NCBI RefSeq assembly: GCF_000143415.4
Contig: NW_003314305.1
Span: 26,391-90,390, forward strand
Length of the DNA stretch: 64,000 nucleotides
Reading direction: 5' to 3'
Origin: Selaginella moellendorffii
Lineage: Eukaryota; Plantae; Lycopodiophyta
In this document: one piece after another, positions 21,500 to 35,800 of the stretch
Numbering within the stretch: position 1 is the stretch's first letter
Layout of the letters: each line of letters begins with the position of its first letter
Notes under the pieces: generated by a model
What the model saw: only the letters and a program-made list of their open reading frames with translations
Database searches by the model: none
Told to the model about the DNA's origin: nothing
Made by a program: the position numbers and the translations under genes

Positions 21500-23620
21500 A
21501 TGGTGGACAAGTGCTTCCAAAAGACTGTTATGCGAACAAAGGAAAAAGCAGTTCACCAAACACTTGAGGTGCTCAAGTGGCCAAGCCCTTGTGACTTGAT
21601 CAAAGAAATCCCCTTTTACCATATGGCAGCGAATGGATCTTGTGCTCACAACATCTAAGTATGTCAACCTGGACATATACAACTTGTTCAAACATAATGG
21701 CCTTATGACAAATATTGGTATGTTTTTAGTCTCTTTTTCCAAGTTAGTAAAAATGGAGATCATTATCATCACACCTGGATTATGAATAACTGGGATCCTA
21801 TTTGGAGGAGGAAGTCCCAGGAATTTGATAACATGCTTATCATACATCCTGAGACTTGACAGCTTGCGGGGATAATAATCCAAATTATTGATGGTAACCA
21901 CTGATATGGGGCTTGGATTAAGTGTATTGACAATTATTTTTGCAATGATCCTGTCTATCATGTCAACATTTCAGTCAGCCATGTCTACATAAGGGGACCT
22001 TTGGATGTCAACAGACTTGTCTTGGCCTACTAAAAGATCAATATGCAAGTTTTATAATGCTACTTTCAACTCCACTTTAACTTATTTGTCATGTTTAAAT
22101 GTAAGCTTGAGTAGTTTGCTGTTCAAAAGAAAAATCTTGTCCATGACATCGAGCAATTTCGATTTTTGGTAGACTTCAGTGAGGATGACATCTGCCAATA
22201 TTATGGTGATGATTTCGCAACACTTATTCGGCACTCATGCACTCGAAATGACAGTACAACTTAGTTCAATAACGCAATCAATTTTATGCTTGTTGTATAG
22301 TGCAAGGTATATCTTTAGGAGTTGGAGCTCCTAGGGAAGGAAACATCTATATTAGACTAGGAAAAAGTTGTTAATGCTGGCAATGATGGCAATGCAAGTG
22401 ACGATGGAGATGAGGATGAGGAAGCTTCAGATCAAGTTTATGTTCCACCACCATACAACTAGGATCAGGCTCCAGTTCAACCATCAAACAATCAAGATCT
22501 GGATCAGGTTCCACCAATAAATAACGATGATCAAATGGTTCATAGAATATCACATCGACCTCGAGGTAAGCAAAACTGAATTTTACAAACTAAAGGTGGT
22601 AATACATATTTTTTGTAACAATGACTGTTGGTAGTAATTTCATTCCAGCTCGACAAGATGCTTGTGAAGAGGAGTTAGAGGAAATCTTATTGACAATATG
22701 CCATATGACAGTAACATATTATCATTGTTTTTTTCATTCACTTAGCTCTTCTATAGATCCATCTTGTTTCCCTAATAACACAACAAGGCATTATTGGGTG
22801 TCTTCATTGGCTCCTATAGTAGATTGTTGATATCTTTCATGGAAGATGACATCAATATGGATATACAGCACCAATCTAACTGTTGGTGCCAAAAGATACA
22901 AAGGCCCTTACTCTTAGTTGCAGACTTCATTTTCTTCGACTTTCCAGATGGTTTTTCAGATATTGATGGGAAAGTTGAGGATTGGAACTTTTTCACACCT
23001 GACCACATGTGCGATGCATTCCTTTTGTCTAAAGCACTTATGCTCAAAACTGGTCATATCCTACCAAACGACCCCAACTAGATGTATGAGCTTATGATAT
23101 GTGCAGTAGAAGTTCATTTCAAGTCATTCTCTTTCGGGTGTATCATATGTCCTATTGGCATCAATACTAGGGGCGTTCAAGGGAAGCTTGAAAAGGTGGG
23201 TATGTATTTTATATTTTTATCTAATTTCTAAACTTTTTCATTTTCCAGGTTATGATGTGGACTTATCATGCCTTTTGTAGAAACACATATGATGGATTTC
23301 GTAATAGCGAACATGCAGCACATGTTTTGCCTAGGTATAATAGTTTCACTAACATCATACCCAACCTTGTGGATGAACAGATCCATAACACGTTTCTAGA
23401 GTACTGATTTTGAACTCCATCGGCAATACAAGTTTTATTTGAGCTTTATTGCCCACCAAATAGTGTTGTGAATGATTGTGAATGATTGCACAATAGGTAG
23501 CAGTTCTATGGTAGAGATAGTACATGATTTTGGTAAGTCAATGTTTGTTATTGAAGAACATCATTTTTTCAAATGCCAGCTTATAGGATTTCATGAGTTG
23601 CCTCCAACCTTAAGGAGGTA
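21500..23620 (+). pseudogene. Decayed ParB/Srx-like domain + acidic linker + beta-class N4C/N6A DNA methyltransferase-like gene with introns
   Basis: IIDGNH*YGAW (21884-21916); GNDGNASDDGDEDEEASDQ linker; ADFIFFDFPDG (22920-22952, motif IV position); FELYCPPNSVVNDCTIGSSSMVEIVHDFGKSMFVIEE (~23438-23558, motif X/I region; 10-bp duplication at 23466-23485). Confidence 0.6.
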
Positions 23621-26229
23621 AATTATATTTATTAAAATTTCAATATATGTTTAATTCTGTTTTATTGATCATAATCACCTAAAGTTTCTAGAATTGGAAG
23701 CTTTGGAAGTCTCCCCGACTATGCAGAAGCCATGGCTCAACATATGCAAAGTGAATCTTCCCCACAATACTAATATAAAGGGAAGCATAAAAGAAATCAA
23801 TATGTTGATGATGAGCAAAAGAAAGTTAATTGCATCCTTACATAAAATGAAAAACTTGTTATATGTCAGATGTTTGTGAAAGTGTCAGATGTCGGGGATC
23901 ATAATTGCAAATTATCATTCTCACCTATCACCATCACTTTTAGTGCTTGTGTGTTGCCATCTCCTCTAACATCTTGTAAACAATTGTGTATGATATAATA
24001 CCACCTTCTAGAACAAAGTATATTACCTATAACTAATATCATTTTATTATATTTTTTCTTTTAAAAGTGACAATACTATAGTATAGTAAAGTAATTCTAG
24101 ATCTTACATGCCACTATAGGGTAGCCTAAAAACCCTATATTTTGCATTAGCTGATGCAGTGTTTCCCAAGGAGATGTTGTTCCTCACCATGAAGCATAGG
24201 TTGCTTGTAAATATAAGAGCTTCTAGAATTTCAGATTATCGTGTATACACATGCTTTATCATTATAACAAAATTCTACTTTGCTACACATAATTATTTTC
24301 TACACATTCCAAATGTCTAGGGAAATAGACTACAAGGAAAATTATAAACCATATTATAGTGGCAAAGCATGTTAGCACTTTGCCATTCTCTTGTGTGAGA
24401 TTACCTTTCAGTCTTGGAAATGTAGATAAAGTTAATTCTTTGATGTGATATTATTTTTGAGTCTTTTGAAAGATTTCGATTTCTTTTATTATTATTCACA
24501 AACAACTCCTGAAATTTTTTAAGGAGGATTCACTACAAAAATATACCTTGGTCTTATCATATGAGAGGATTGCGATATAAGCAAGCAATCAAGTTTCTGA
24601 TGTGAATTAATATGTAAATTACAAATATCATAAAAAGTTTTATGGAGAAAATTTCTTGGTGCTTTCTGCTGTGCTATTCATGTCTTCAATTCTCTTGCTC
24701 TGGATTATTGTTTTAGAAATAACAAGAGCATTTTTATTAATCGTGATAGTGGTCTCAACAATCCCAAATGGGTAATAAGGACTAGAAATGTAATATGAAG
24801 ATTGTGGTAGTGAAATAAAATTAACATTCTCACATTCCTTTGCACTACAACTCTTACTTACGGATCATATATTTTCCTTGCTTCCCATCTTCTCAAGAAC
24901 CCTAAAAAATCTTTTAAATGAAGGAATAGTATCTATAGCTGTAAAAGTATTCAAAATATTAAGTAATCAAATCAAAATATGACAGCTGTAACAGTAGTCA
25001 TAATAAAATAATATTGCTTTACAAAAGTTAGGTTCTCGTGAACTTTGTCTTTTTTAAATAATTCAATCTTATAGAAACTTTTAACTTAGATATTTATGTA
25101 TTTAAATATTTTAAAGCATGCTAGAACCTTCATTTATTCAATTTAAATTTCCTTTGTAAAACTTCTAGTTGACCATGTTGGATACCTTTATCTGTGGATG
25201 CACCACAAGAGGAAGGATATATGCATAAATATTTAATATGTAGGATTTCAAATTTGGGGGTAGGAATATATTTTACTTAAGGGTATATTATATTTTTAAG
25301 TAGCCACTAATCAATGGGAATCACAACTATGCCATTTGCTCTGATCCCACATGTAATGCACCAGATTTCTTTTTTCTTAAGCCAATTGGAAAAAGAACAA
25401 TTGCTTAATGATAAAGCTTTTAGTGGTCTTTATTCATCCCTCAAGGTTCTAAGGATCCACGATGATAATATATCTATATGTAAATCTCATCCCATGATCA
25501 CATATGTTACATCTTCTCTCTATTTGAGCACTTAAAAAAAATTTAGGGAGAAACAAACAAAAAAGGACAAAGGTAATTAACTATGTCTTTGTAAAGGATA
25601 AGTTAATTATTCTAACAAAATATACAAGAGAGACTTGCTGATAAATCTTATGAGTTGTAGTGTGCTCATTAGGGTTTTGGGCAACTAATAAGGGGCATTC
25701 CACAGCATCAATGCTTTAGTAGGTAAGTGGCTTGATAACTTCTCCCCATCATTTTGAACTTCTTAGAGAGTGAGATTTTTTTGTGGGATGAGAAATTAAG
25801 TTGGGAAAAGTTGGTTTGCATATAAATCACTCATCTTCTTTCTTCCTTTAAAGGTTTATTTTTCTTGATTTTTGTTTTCTCTTGAACAATGAGAGGGATG
25901 GAGATGTTAATTTGCATGCAAACCAACATCTCTTGGCATTCTATTTTCTTTTCTCTTTCATTTTTTTGCTCATCTCTACCTTGTTGTTTTTTTTTTCTTC
26001 CTTGTTGAAGGGGTGGGAAAGATCTGTTTATGCATGAGTTAATGCTTCCCCACCTTTGTTTTTCCTAAAGGCAAGCTTTCTTGGTTTTTTTTTCTTGTTG
26101 CTAAGGGCAAGAATTTTATAGTTTCGAAAATAGGGAGAGACAGAAATATCAATTCTTATGAGAATGAACATCTTTAAAGATATTGTGATGTGTTTTTCTA
26201 GATTTTAATAACTTGATATTGCATTTCTC

Positions 26230-26810
26230 ATGAATTTGGGAGGGTGGAAAATGTCGATCTTATATGACCCAATATCTTCCAGGTTTTATTTATCTTGAGA
26301 ACTTTATGAATTCTTTTTCTCTGAATTTCAGAGGGGGAGGGGGAGGTCAACTTTTGTGTGAACCAACCTCTCCTATAATTTTATTATTCCTTATTTGCCT
26401 TAAGACTTATTTTTTCTTGAATTTCAGAGGAGGAGGGTAAGGTTAGTTATTGCATAAATTGAAATCTCTCATATTTTTATTTTATTCTTTTTTTTTATTG
26501 AGGCTTTATTCACCTTATTCAAAATTTTAGAGGGGGAGGTAAGGTTGATTCTTGCGCAAACTAACCTCTCTTGCATTCTTGTCATATATTCTTTTTTTCT
26601 TTCTTGAGGCCTTCTTGGCCTCAAAAATTTTCTTTTCCTAAATTTTAAAGGGGGAAGGGTGAGCTTGGTTCTTGTGCAAACCAACCTCTCCCATGTTGTT
26701 GTCGTGTTCTTTTTTATGTCTTTAGGCCTTTTCAGCCTCAAAAATCTTTCTTTTTTGAATTTTAGAGAGGTAGGATGAGGTCAATTCTCGCACGAACTAA
26801 CCTCTCCCAA
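26230..26810. repeat. Degenerate tandem repeat, ~95-120-bp period, at least 5 units
   Basis: aatttYagagggggagg...gcaaacYaacctctc at ~26325, 26419, 26523, 26641, 26758. Confidence 0.7.
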
Positions 26811-27008
26811 TGACTTGTGTTTTTTTCTTTGTATTTCTCTTAGTTTACAATCTATTTTTCATTTGCTTTTACTTATAAACTTTTCTAGTAAGAGCACATA
26901 TAAAATAAGATTGACTAACTAAAACTTCCAAAAGGGGACTTGAACTTATAATACCATAGATTTTCTTTACTTTGCATATTAGATATTAGAACATTAAACT
27001 TATGCTAT

Positions 27009-28144
27009 TGTAGCGCACGTGGTTTTGACCCTTTATCCTATGGTGATTTACCATAGGATAACACCACGAAGCGGAACCTAAACCCTCTTTGTGCCACGTG
27101 ACAGATGCCACGTGTCACATGCCACGTGTCCATAGGAACCCAAGGTTCAGGGCCTTGGGCCACTGAACAAAGGAACGGTGTGAAACTCCCAAGCATGGAG
27201 CCAAGGAGTGATGGAACCGAACCATGGAGTAACTCCCGAGCATAAAGCCCAAGGAGTGAAGGGACAGGGGCCCGGAGCAACTTGGAACAGTCCTAGAGTA
27301 ACCAGCATCCCAATGCCAGGACCAGCACACAAAACGGAGCCAAACGGAGTCTGGCGCTATTTCGGCATACCGGTGGCCTAACGTGAGGACATGGGTACTC
27401 CACCAACTAGCATGGAATGGAACTTGGGCTTAGACCCAAGCCGGACGCAGAACAAGGACAGGCACGCAAGCAGGAGCTAAACTATGCCTTAGGTTGGTCA
27501 GCCATGCCCGACCTACCCACTATCCTTACTATACATTTGGAACCCCCCATAGCCCCCCCCCCCCCTTGAGGAACACACGCTTTGGGCTTTCACCCCAAGC
27601 CTCCCTTAGTATCAGGAGTTAGTCTCTGGGACAAGCTCGAAACTTACTAAATATGGAATGTCCTTAGATTGCGAATTTGGACACAGGACGAACACCATTG
27701 TGTTCAGGACGATTTCTACATTCTGTAGATATGCCAAATGAGCAAATCTGGACACTTTCCATAAATAGCATTTGGGACCGAAATGAGACCAACACAAAGG
27801 GCATGATAGCGAGGGTGTTTGGCAGACACGGTAAGCTATCATCTAACGATATTGAGGGACCAATCTCAATACGCGAGGGTTCTTGTCAAGCCAGTGCAAG
27901 ACAGAGCAAAAGAGAACTAACAAGCCAGGCCAAGTATGCTTGGCTGAATAGACACTTAGGAATTCCGTCCTTATGCTCATCCGGCCAAGTACAGATGCAA
28001 AGTTCAATTTACTAACACTTGAACAAGAGGGGCTGATAAAGGGTCCAGCAATACCGACCTCCTGCCATCGTGGCAGTAAGGTAAGAGTGTCCGTAAGGAC
28101 TAGTCGACAGGTAACTTTCGATACCCGAAGTCACATTCGTGACA
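27009..28144 (-). mobile_element. Solo LTR (1136 bp)
   Basis: TG...CA ends; TSD GCTAT at 27004-27008 and 28145-28149; ~27520-27630 is the reverse complement of LTR segment ~7400-7505. Confidence 0.85.
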
Positions 28145-28814
28145 GCTATCGAGTTATACATTTGTCCAATATAAACGTAATACCCCAGGTACGAGATAAA
28201 AGTTCATGGACAAGCATGAACTAAATGACTACTCGAATCTAACTCAACCGCAATCAGCTCACTAACATGTTTAGCCAATAGCTCTGAGTATGCTTTGAAG
28301 AGGCTAGTTATGCATGATTCACACTCAGTCAAAACTAAAATGAAGACCATGAGATAAACTTATATTAGTACACAACCTCCTCATAGACAAAGCTATAATA
28401 TAGGTACCAACATCTCAACTTCAAATAACTAAATTTAACATCACTATCCTTAGCTAAAGTGCAAAGCTATCAAGACCAAATCAAGATTAGTGAGAGCTCA
28501 CTACTCTCATAGAGTTTAACAAAATGCAAGGTGCAACTTGCCACTAAGTATAATGCTACCAAAGAAAGGCACAAGGGTTAGAAAATTTTCCACAAATTTT
28601 CTTAAGCCTTTTCCAATCAGTCGGTCACTTTACTCAAAAACCATTCTGTTTTCATAAGCCAGTACAAACTAGTGAAAGAGTTGACTACGGTTAATTTAAA
28701 CCTTAGTAAGTAGTTTGTAAGATGCAACCCGAAAAGGATACTAACTTTTGGGGCTAAAGTAATTGAGTTATATAGAGTCTAGGGTTGGTGTAGAAAAGTG
28801 GCTATTATGCTTTT

Positions 28815-30012
28815 CTAGAAAGGCAGACAAGGCTGCCGTCGTCTCGATCGTGAGCCCAAACAATGCCGCTCTTCTGACCGGTGACGACAATTCTTGGAAC
28901 TTGTTCTTGGAGAAACGGCTTGGGATCGTGAGGAGCATCGGTGACTCTCCCAGGTTGTAGTCCGGGCCAGGCTCAGGTGGACAGTTTGCTGGTGGTGGAT
29001 TTGTGTCACAAGCAAGCCTCCATACGTCGTTTCCTCCGAGCCTGTTACACCAGCGTATCTCACCGTCGGGCATGTTCACGGCTACAACGGCGTCGTCACA
29101 AACGCCGCGAGGATAGTAGTCGCTCGAGTTGGCATTTCTGTTGAGGCAGTCCTGGACGTCGCTCGGGATCTGGTAGAGGTTTCCAGTGCCAATGAAGGCG
29201 AGTCCTCGCTTGGGATCGATGGAAGGACTGCTTCCCCAAAGTGTAACGCCATAGAACTGGAATTTTCAGGAGCCATGTAAGTTCTCCATATTCGTTTTCC
29301 AGTTTTGAAGTCGAGTTTCTGAAAGCTTCCTTGGAATGTGCAACAGGCTGCCTTTACAAGCTCTTGGAGCGAAGACATACCAACGTAGAAAGCTCTGCCA
29401 GTATGATAGGTTCTCAAGAGCAGAAAAAAAAGAAAAGAAATGAAGATTGCTTACCCGTCGTATGCTGTTCCTGACATGGTGATCCTTGCCAGGGGCGTTT
29501 CATCCAGATCTTCTGACATCCACACCATTCTTCCATTCTTACGGTGTAAAGCAACACCTCTAGCGGGACCGAGCAAACCATACAGCAAGAGCTCTTCGGT
29601 CACAGCCGGTATCGCCCGCGACAAAGTGGCAACTCCCGTGATTTCTGTCAAGTTCGTGCTCCAGAGAAGTTCTCCGTGGATGGTAACTGCGAAGACAAGC
29701 CCGTTCCACAATGGGAAGTAGACAACACAGTCGTAAATCACCGGTGTGGCCGAAATGTCCGCGCCGGCGTCAAAGCTCCACTTTTCTCTTAGTGAGGCGC
29801 CCTCCAGACGCTGATCAAGTGCTCATCTTCTGCAAAGCGACAATTCTTGAGATCTCCTCCGTGGCTGATCCATTCGCCCGTCTGGAAAAAAAATGTCAAG
29901 GCAAGCTTATTTTCCTTTGTTTTGCTCTTTGTTGGACTACCTGACAGTTGGATTCCACCTGCAGCAAAGATTGTGCCATCACGATCAACAAGAATACGAA
30001 AGAGATCTCCAT
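28815..30012 (-). pseudogene. PQQ-dependent beta-propeller dehydrogenase-like (polyvinyl-alcohol dehydrogenase-like), frameshifted and 3'-truncated
   Basis: Signal peptide MEISFVFLLIVMAQ; WISHGGDLKN; KWSFDAGADISATPV; WGSSPSID...GTGNLY; GPDYNLGESPML; GQKSGIVWAHDRDDG; motifs fall in shifting frames. Confidence 0.8.
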
Positions 30013-31042
30013 GGAGGGGGACTAGCGACTTTGCTCGAGAAAGAAAACTCAAGGCATGCAAATGCAGTCTTTCTTTGCTTTTGTAATATTTCTTTTTCGC
30101 GTGCTTGGTGACTTTTCTTCATGCCGTGCAACACCCTGTTTGCAACACAAAGACTTTTCAGCACACAAAGAGCACTCCCCGCATTCAAGTGCGGGTAACT
30201 GGATGCGTAGGCAAGGGGCTTGTGTTTTCTTTTTTCCTTGGGTTATTTTCTTGTTCCTTGGTATCATAGATTGGCATCACTCCCATGTCAACGAGACCCA
30301 TGGTTCCAGCCTCGGTCGTCCTCTTGTACTGCAAGCTTCTAGGAGGCGGAAGTCTCAAGCCCACGACACGCTTGCTGGAGATTCCATGAAGAAATCGTTT
30401 TTCTTTTTGCGCACTGCCACCTTATGGTGATTCAAAAACTATCTCTACTTACGCCGTTTGAAAGCGGGCCAAGGATTTGCAAGATGCTAAAGTTTGATTG
30501 ATTTGTTTGAGAAGAACCATTGACCAGTTTTCATCCATGCCAGGAGGTTCGAATACCGTGGTACGCATGGGACTTCAACAAGCAGGTACTTATTCTTCAA
30601 TAGTTTAGATAGCATCCCGACGGCGAATCTCCGACACAGGTTGGAGGCTGGACACAAGTCTACAAGGGAATGACATTTACCACAGTCAGAGGCGCTGGAC
30701 ACATGGTGCCTGCCACAAAGCCGCAACATGCTCTTCAAGTTTTCAAGAGCTTCTTGGCAGGAGAAGCGTTGCCCAGCTTCCCATGAACAATAGGAAAGAG
30801 AGAAAGAAAACTAACACAAACAAACAAGGAATAGCTACGCGTTCAAGGTTCGCGAAAACTATTCGTTCTAATCAGCTTGTCTTTGGAGTTTTCACTTTAG
30901 CGTAACAGGGACGGCTGGTGGTCAGCTGATGGAGTTTTCGGAGTGGTCCATTTCTACGTACAAGATATGATAATTTCGAAATTCTATTATTGTTGCCACT
31001 GGAGATATTTATCTCTCGCATTTTCTGCGAGTTTCGACACCG

Positions 31043-32849
<1,807 letters not shown>

Positions 32850-32859
32850 ATGCCCAAGT

Positions 32860-35800
32860 TGTGAGTGCTTAGAATATAGAAATTGTGTATATTAATTAAC
32901 TTAAAAACTTTAGTTTATATATAGGAGTGAGTGGTTCAGATTGAAACCAATCCAACAGCTACCAAAATCTCACTACGCTAATATTAATATACAATATTGT
33001 AGCCATACACTTGGCCCTCACATCATCCCCTCCTCTTGGAATAATGAAAGACCATTAGAGTTCTCTTGTAGATGGGCCGGGATCAGGAAGAACATCAGGA
33101 GGAGGCATCGACGGATCTATAGGTGGTATTAATTGTTCATGATCCTTTGGTATGAAGCATTTCAACTGCTACACACGCACAATCTTTGGAGGATTGGCTT
33201 GCTGAACGTTATGCTAAACTTCATAAACTTATGGTATAATTTGCTACAACACTTAATACGGTTCTTTCCACTGAGTAAGGAACCCTTTAGATAAACCACA
33301 TACCGTAAGATTGGGAAAACGGACTAATACTAAGTCATCCACTTTGTACTTCGTAGGTGGATGATGATGGGAGTTGTAGTATTGTTGTTGTCCCACTTGT
33401 ACGTAGCTTAAGGGTTCAGTAAACTCTACTTGGACCAATCAAAGAATGCTCATCAAATACTAATCCCACGACCTAGCATCGGCAGCTTATGGCAATCGTG
33501 AAGGTAAACCCAACTCCATTGGTAATATTGGATCATGACTATATAAAAGTTTATATGGTGAAGCACCAACAGAACTCTACACCCTTGTGGCATATGCATA
33601 CCGAAGAGATAGCAAATAACCATCCCAATCCGAATGTTGAAAGTTCACATACTTCGCGATCATCCTTTTGAACGTCGGAACAAGCCATTCCACCAAACCA
33701 TTTGATTGTGAATAATAAACATTTGTGAAAGTGTGGCATATCCCCAACTGAAATGTCAAAACATGAAATGCCTCAGCCATAAATGAGGAACCATTGTCCG
33801 AAAGAATTTGCTCTAGACAAGAATGCTGGAACACCATTTGATTTAAAAGGAAGTATCCAATAGTAATTGCAGAGGTATTAGCAAGAGCACCAACTTCCAC
33901 CCAACGATTCAAGTAGTCAGAACCAATAATAACATACTTATTGCCAACAGTTGATCATGGAAGAGATCCCATAAAATCAAATGTCACCAACTCAAACAGA
34001 CAGGAAACTGCAATTGACTCTAACCATCCTTCCGCAGCACGAGGGGGAGTATTACGAGTTTGGCACTAAACGCAACTATGCACATACTGGATAATATCTC
34101 GTCGCATCTCTGGCCAATAGAAAGACCTGCGTAGTTTCTCGATCACACAATGATGTCCTATATACCCACCTACAATAGGAGAATTATGGTAAACATGGAG
34201 AAACCGTGGAATAACGACAGAAGGCACCACCAGCCGTAAAGGATCATTAGGATTTGTCCCCACAAAATAAAGAAGGCCATCTTCAAGGTGATACTGAGAA
34301 TGTAAATGCCAGAATGGTAGGTCATTAGCAAGTGATGCAGAATTCTCAAACCCATCTCGAAGCTTTCAAATCCATAGCTCAAGCTTTTAAGCCTCGCAAA
34401 CCTCCTCAAGAGAAGGTAGATCTTGCTCTGCACCTTGTGAACATTGAATGTTAAGTATAGCAATACAGAATCCTTGTCTAGAAAATCCACAGATGCTAGA
34501 ATAACAGGCTCGTCAGAAATATGAGAAGAGAGTGGAAAACGAAGAGGAGCTCGAGAAAGGGCATTAGCATCGGCCATAAAACTCCCAGGGTGATAAACAA
34601 CATCAAAATCATATATCTGAAGCTTCAAAACCCACTGAGTAGTACGACCAACTAGGTTTTTTTGCTTTAATAATGAAGTAGTGTTTAGCAGTAGTCTGGG
34701 GTTTCGAGAAACTTCATGTATATCTACATGGTTCTCAAATGTTACTTGAAGGTGATCATGTTACCCCTTCTCTGTCATGGAGTAGTTCACTTTCGCTAGT
34801 TGTAATGTACGGCTTATATACGTAATGGAATGGCGTTGACCAACACTTGGGCTCATTTGCATCAACACACCTCCAAGACTAATATCAGAAACATCCATGC
34901 ACAAAATAAAAGGTTGAGTGTAGTCAGGATATGCCAAAACCGGAGGAGTCGTCAAGAGCTCTTTGAGATCCACAAATGCCCTCTCACAATCTGAAAACCA
35001 GATGAAAGATGATGTTGATGACTTTAGCAACGCTCACAACAGTGCAGTGTGATTAAAATGATGATCCACAAAATGATCGAGATATTACACCTTGCCTAGG
35101 AATTGCTACACATCATTCATACACTTCGGAGTAAGGGACTTTAGAACAGCCACAAGTTTGTCAGGATCAACTTGGAAACCCTCACAAAAAATACGGTACT
35201 CAAGATAAGTCATGTCCTTGGATCCAAACATGCACTTTGACCGCTTTAACTTCAAACCAACGTCCCGTAGCTAATCCAATACTTTAAAAACATCACAAAC
35301 ATGCTCCTCCCATATCCCCTCCGAGTGGATTAAGACATCATCAATGAAGTCAGCAATCACCTTTGGCATATTGCAAAGAACCTCGTCTATCATTCGCTAG
35401 AAAGTTATTAAAGTATTGTTCAAACCAAACGGTATCACCAAGAACTTGTACAAACCAATAGTGTATGAAAAGTTGTCTTAGGAATATTTTCTTCGGCCAT
35501 CGGTACTTGCCAGTACCTAGAAGCAAGATTTAGCTTGGTGAACCAATGACTTCGCCCTAGACAATCCAAGAGATCAGTAGTGTGAGGAAGAGGGTGTACA
35601 TTTGGGATTGTCACTTCGTTTAACGAACGATAGTCGATGCAGAAATGAATACTCCCATTAAACTTCGTCACAATATGAGGTTCACATGCCCAAGGATTCC
35701 GCAACTTCCGAATAACACCCTTCTCCAACATCTCCTTGACATTTGCATGTAAAATCTTGATCTCTTTAGGTGACCGACGATGAACAAAAACCTTGATTAG

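Noticed and set aside
21359-21961. 200-aa minus-strand ORF as a gene
   Set aside because: No motif; it is the antisense shadow of the ParB-like region
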